Positions 60,014 to 64,000 of a stretch of DNA of 64,000 nucleotides are shown here, piece by piece. Location of the stretch: NCBI GenBank assembly GCA_030390025.1, contig CM059433.1, forward strand, positions 1,364,001-1,428,000, in the 5' to 3' direction. A model generated the notes under the pieces. The model worked only from the letters and a program-made list of their open reading frames with translations, had not been told where the DNA came from and ran no database searches. Origin of the DNA: Squalus acanthias (taxonomy: Eukaryota). Positions within the stretch are counted from its first letter, which is position 1. Each line of letters begins with the position of its first letter. Both the position numbers and the translations under genes were made by a program.

Positions 60014-60403
60014 TTGGAAAACAAAAACGTAGAAAGTAAATTGGAAGGACAGAGGAATCAAGGGCTAGATAGTAGTCAACAAGGAGGTTTGCCTGTACTA
60101 AATGGTATATACTTCAATGCAAGGAGTATAGCGAACAAGGCAGATGAGCTGAGGGCTCAGGTAGATACTTGGGACTATGATATTAAAGCTATTACAGAGA
60201 CGTGGCTGAAAGAGGGGCAGGTATGGCAGCTAAACATTCCTGGTTACAGGATTTTCAGACAGGACAGAGAGGAGGTAAAAAGGGAGGGGGGGTTCGTGGT
60301 ATTGATTAAAGAAACTATTACAGCTGTGAGGAGAGATGATATGTTGGAGGGATCATCAAACGAGGCCATATGGGTCGAATTGAAAAACAAAAAAGGGGCG
60401 ATC
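60014..60403 (+). pseudogene. CR1 ORF2 N-terminal endonuclease half (inverted segment)
   Basis: YFNARSIANK, ITETWL, EAIWVEL. Confidence 0.9.
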
Positions 60404-60903
60404 CTTCATGATTTTGAACACCTCTATCAAATCTCCCCTTAACCTTTTCAACTCCAAGGAGAACAACCACAGTTTCTCCAGTCTCTCCATGTAACTGAAG
60501 TCCTGCATCCCTGGTACCATTCCAGTAAATCTCCTCTGCACCCTCTCTAAGGCCTTTACATTGTTCCTAAAGTCTGGCACCCAGAATTGGACCTAACCAG
60601 TGATTTATAATAAAGGTTTAGCATAACTTCCTTGCTTTTGTACACTATGCCTCTATTTATAAAGCCAAGTTTACCATATGCTTTTTTAGCAGACTTCTCA
60701 ACTTCTCAACACCCTCAGGTCTCTCTGCTCCTACACACCCTTTAAAATTGTACCCTTTAGTTTACATTACCTCTCCTGATTCTTCCTACCAAAATGTATC
60801 ACTTCACACTTCTCTGTGCTAAATTTAATTTGCCACGTGTCTGCCCATTTCACCAATCTGTCTATGTCCTCCTGAAGTCTGTTACTATCCTCCTCATTGT
60901 TTA

Positions 60904-61351
60904 AGAACATAAGAACATAAGAAATAGGAGCAGGTGTAGGCCATTCGGCCCTTCGAGCCTGCTCCGCCATTCAATGAGATCATGGCTGACCTTCTGCCTC
61001 AACTCCATTCACCGGCCCTATCGCCATATCCCTTGATGCCTTACTAGTCAGAAATCTATCGACTTCTGTTTTGAATATACCCAATGACTGAGCCTTCACA
61101 GCCCTCTGGGGTAGAGAATTCCAAAGATTCACCACCCTCTGTGTGAAGAAATTTCTTCTCATCTCAGTCCTGAATGGCCTACCCTTTATCCTGAGGCTGT
61201 GGCCCCTGGTTCTAGACTCCCCAGCCAAGGGAAACATTCTCCCAGCATCCACCCTATCAAGCCCTGTAATAATTTTGTATGCTTCAATGAGATCCCCTCT
61301 CATTCTTCTGAATTCAAGAGAATACAGGCCTAGTTTACTCAATAGATACAG
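60904..61351 (-). mobile_element. 5'-truncated CR1 flanked by a 118-bp direct repeat
   Basis: ORF 60980-61342 and tail at 60904. 60786-60903 is identical to 61352-61469. Confidence 0.92.
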
Positions 61352-61473
61352 CTACCAAAATGTATCACTTCACACTTCTCTGTGCTAAATTTAATTTGCC
61401 ACGTGTCTGCCCATTTCACCAATCTGTCTATGTCCTCCTGAAGTCTGTTACTATCCTCCTCATTGTTTACTAC

Positions 61474-64000
61474 AGCAAGGCGCAGAGCCTCTTCGGAGGA
61501 TGAGGATGAGGAGGAGGAGCAGGAGGAACATGAGGACGAAGAAGAGGATGAGGAGGAGCAGGAGGAATCTGAAGTGGACATGGCACCAGTAGCGGCGTAC
61601 ATTGCTGCCCGGGAGGCCCGGGATGGCCTCATAGTGGCACGATTTAGTTAGGTTGCACCAATGCACCCATATGGAACCCAGATGCTGAACCAACTTGCCC
61701 CCCCCAAACCACAAAACAGTCCTAAAATGACCAAAACATTCCTGTCACACACACCCATTGCTCAAGGTTAAGTAATGTCTTACCATTCACTCCAACTGAC
61801 AAGGCCACTTGCCAAGCAGCAGGCAAAAATGCACAAGATGGGAAAGTGGTTCAAATAAATAATTTTACGTGGCTCAAAAAGTAACATTGGTAGAAAAGCG
61901 GAGTCTTTTTTTAAATGGTGAGAAATTGGGAAATGTTGGTGTTCAGAGGGACCTGGGTGTCCTTGTACATGAATCACTGAAAGTTAACTTGCAGGTACAG
62001 CAAGCAATTAGGAAAGCAGATGGTATGTTGGCCTTTATTACAAGAGGATTTGAGTATAAGAGTAAAGATGTCTTACTGCAATTATATAGGGCCCTGGTGA
62101 GACCACACCTGGAGTATTGTGTACAGTTTTGGTCTCCTTACCTAAGGAAGGATATACTTGCCATAAAAGGTTCACCAGACTGGTTCCTGGGATTGTCCTA
62201 TGAGGAGAGATTGAGTAGACTAGGCCTATATTCTCTAGAGTTTAGAAGAATGAGAGATGATCTCATCGAAACATACAAAATTCTTCCAGGGCTTGACAGG
62301 GTAGATGCAGGGACGATGTTTCCCCTGGCTGGGGAGACTAGAACCAGGGGTCACAGTCTCAGAATAAGGGGTAGGCCATTTAGGACTGAGATGAGGAGAA
62401 ATTTCTTCACTCAGAGGGTGGTGAATCTTTAGAATTCTCTACCCCAAAGGGCTCTGGAGGCTCAGTCATTGAGTATGTTCAAGATAGAGATCGACAGATT
62501 TTTTAATATTAAGGGAATCAAGGGATATGGGATAGTTCAGGAAAGTGGAGATGAGGTAGATGATCAGCCATGATCTTATTGAATGGCGGAGCAGGCTCGA
62601 AGGGCCAAATGGCCGACTCCTGCTCCTATTTCTTATGTTCTTATGTAAACAAAAACTTAACAATCTAACTTTATAACACATCCATGTGCTTACCCTTGTG
62701 TATCTACAATTGTTTAATCTTTCTCTTCCAACAACTCCTACACCGTGCAACCCCTGTGGCTTCAGCAGAAGTAGAGGCAGACTGCTCATTTCCCTGCTCT
62801 GATTGTTTAGATACATTTGGCGGACGTCCTCTGGGTTTTGGAGCCTGTGAGGGCCCCGCAGAAGGCTGCTCCTCCTGCACCTGTGCAGAGGCAGACTCGG
62901 CCATCGGGACAGGAGGCAGCATGTGGGGCACTGGCTGAGGGGGCGGGGGGGGCAATGGGGGAGAAGTGGGAGCACTTTGAGCAGAGCCCCCACTTCCATG
63001 TCCCCTCTCACCATTATCTGTCTCATGGCCCACCCACACTTCCCTGCTAGCAAGGAGATGGAGAGCACTTTGCTGCACATCAGTGGGGCCATGAAAGGCC
63101 AAGTCTAGGTTTCTATCCATCCTAAATATGGCTGCATTCAGAGTCTGAAAGCTGTTGATCAGAGCAACCATGCATTTGTTTGTCTGCCGCGTTTGATGCT
63201 CCATGCAGGTGGCCACCCTTTCCATGGACGAACACATCACAGCCATGGCCTGCGACATCATGCTAATCATGCTGGAGATGAACTCTTCCATTCTCCCTAC
63301 AATCGAGCTAATCGCGGCTGGAAAAGCTGCCAGAGCTTCCCGCATTTTCTGCTGATCCTCAACAATCATCCGCTTTGTCGACCGCCCCCGAGGTTCAGCA
63401 TCTTTGTCCAGCTGAGCACCGCTTGGAGCGCCTGCGCCCTCCCATGAGGACTCTCCACTGCTGTGCCTGTCTCCACCATCTGCTCCTGCTCACATGTGAT
63501 GTGTGAGCCACCAGGTGACAACACTACTTTCTGACTTAGTGGACCCACCGACGTGTGTGTATCTGCGCTGGTGCTTGGTGTGCATGGGTCCTGTGATGGT
63601 GCACCCTCAGAGTCCGCGGCCTCCTCTGAGGAGTCGTCTTCCTCCTTTGGCTGGGCTGTGGGGTGGACAATTGATGGGCCTGTAGGAGAGTAAAGACATG
63701 AATTAGAACTGTTATGATAAGAATGCTTTCAGTTACCATTATGCACATGATCATATTTCACTGGCTGCTGACATCAAGTCAACACGTCAAGTGACTGTTG
63801 TATGCCATGTGGCTGTGAGATGTTTGATTCTGTCACCAGGAAGCTGGGAGCTCCCCGTCTCTCCATCTCCCACCACCAGCAGCTCCGCAGCGCGGCTCAG
63901 CTCCAGCGCCTCCTCCTCTGATGAAGTGAGCGGTTTCCTGACCGGAGGGCCACCTCCGGGAGTTCTCTGTCTCTCCCGGGTGTTCTGTGCTCTCTTCTCC
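61474..64000. mobile_element. Second Harbinger in the opposite orientation, partial: transposase acidic C-tail on + (61474-61651) and Myb/SANT gene exons 2-3 on - (64000-62704)
   Basis: EDEDEEEE...IAAREARDGLIVARFS* parallels the tail of the 30875 transposase. ORF 62704-63369 parallels 29892-30589. Intron at about 63836-63680. Confidence 0.85.
61880..62646 (+). mobile_element. CR1 3' fragment inserted between the two Harbinger genes
   Basis: ORF 61869-62432 and a (TTCTTATG)n tail. Confidence 0.93.

Larger units (their letters stand above)
55799..60403 (-). mobile_element. Full-length CR1 LINE with the 5' 2 kb (58381-60403) inverted
   Basis: Minus-strand ORF2 from 58380 to the tail at about 55800. 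Plus-strand 5'UTR, ORF1 and endonuclease N-terminus. The reading frame KKGAI|TLLGVYYRPP is contiguous across the two pieces. Confidence 0.93.
55480..61473 (-). mobile_element. Older CR1 (55480-55801 and 60401-61473) hosting two younger CR1 insertions
   Basis: ctctatcaaaatc|cttcatgattttgaacacc rejoins across the insertion. Confidence 0.8.

Noticed and set aside
1..64000. Prokaryotic RT-based system (retron, DGR, group II intron)
   Set aside because: All RT fragments are non-LTR CR1/L2-type with an APE endonuclease and microsatellite tails, in a vertebrate repeat context with spliceosomal introns.

Overview
This is eukaryotic, repeat-dense vertebrate DNA, most likely from a cartilaginous fish (shark/ray). 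That assignment is an inference from the CR1 3' tails, DeuSINE/SacSINE1-like SINEs, L2 and Harbinger families present. I found no host protein-coding exon, no bacterial operon and no CRISPR array. Nearly all ORF-track hits are LINE ORF2 fragments, their antisense shadows or translations of tandem repeats. The window holds many CR1 LINE copies, L2 copies, and a third LINE family with a tRNA-like head. It also holds DeuSINEs, PIF/Harbinger DNA transposons (one complete but decayed two-gene copy plus derivatives and MITEs with 3-bp TSDs), two solo LTRs, a hAT MITE, and Penelope-like inverted-repeat elements carrying minimal hammerhead ribozyme motifs. The most notable structures are: (1) a full-length CR1 whose 5' 2 kb is inverted with twin-priming geometry and which has a 76-bp monomer promoter and an intact esterase ORF1; (2) five hammerhead motifs in two repeat families; (3) a LINE with a Pol III-like head and no ORF1; (4) a 118-bp perfect direct repeat flanking a CR1 insertion; (5) minisatellites born from SINE and LINE stem-loops; and (6) deeply nested insertions. 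Several unique AT-rich islands look like conserved non-coding elements, but this cannot be verified here. Coordinates were read by eye, and the boundaries of decayed repeats are approximate.
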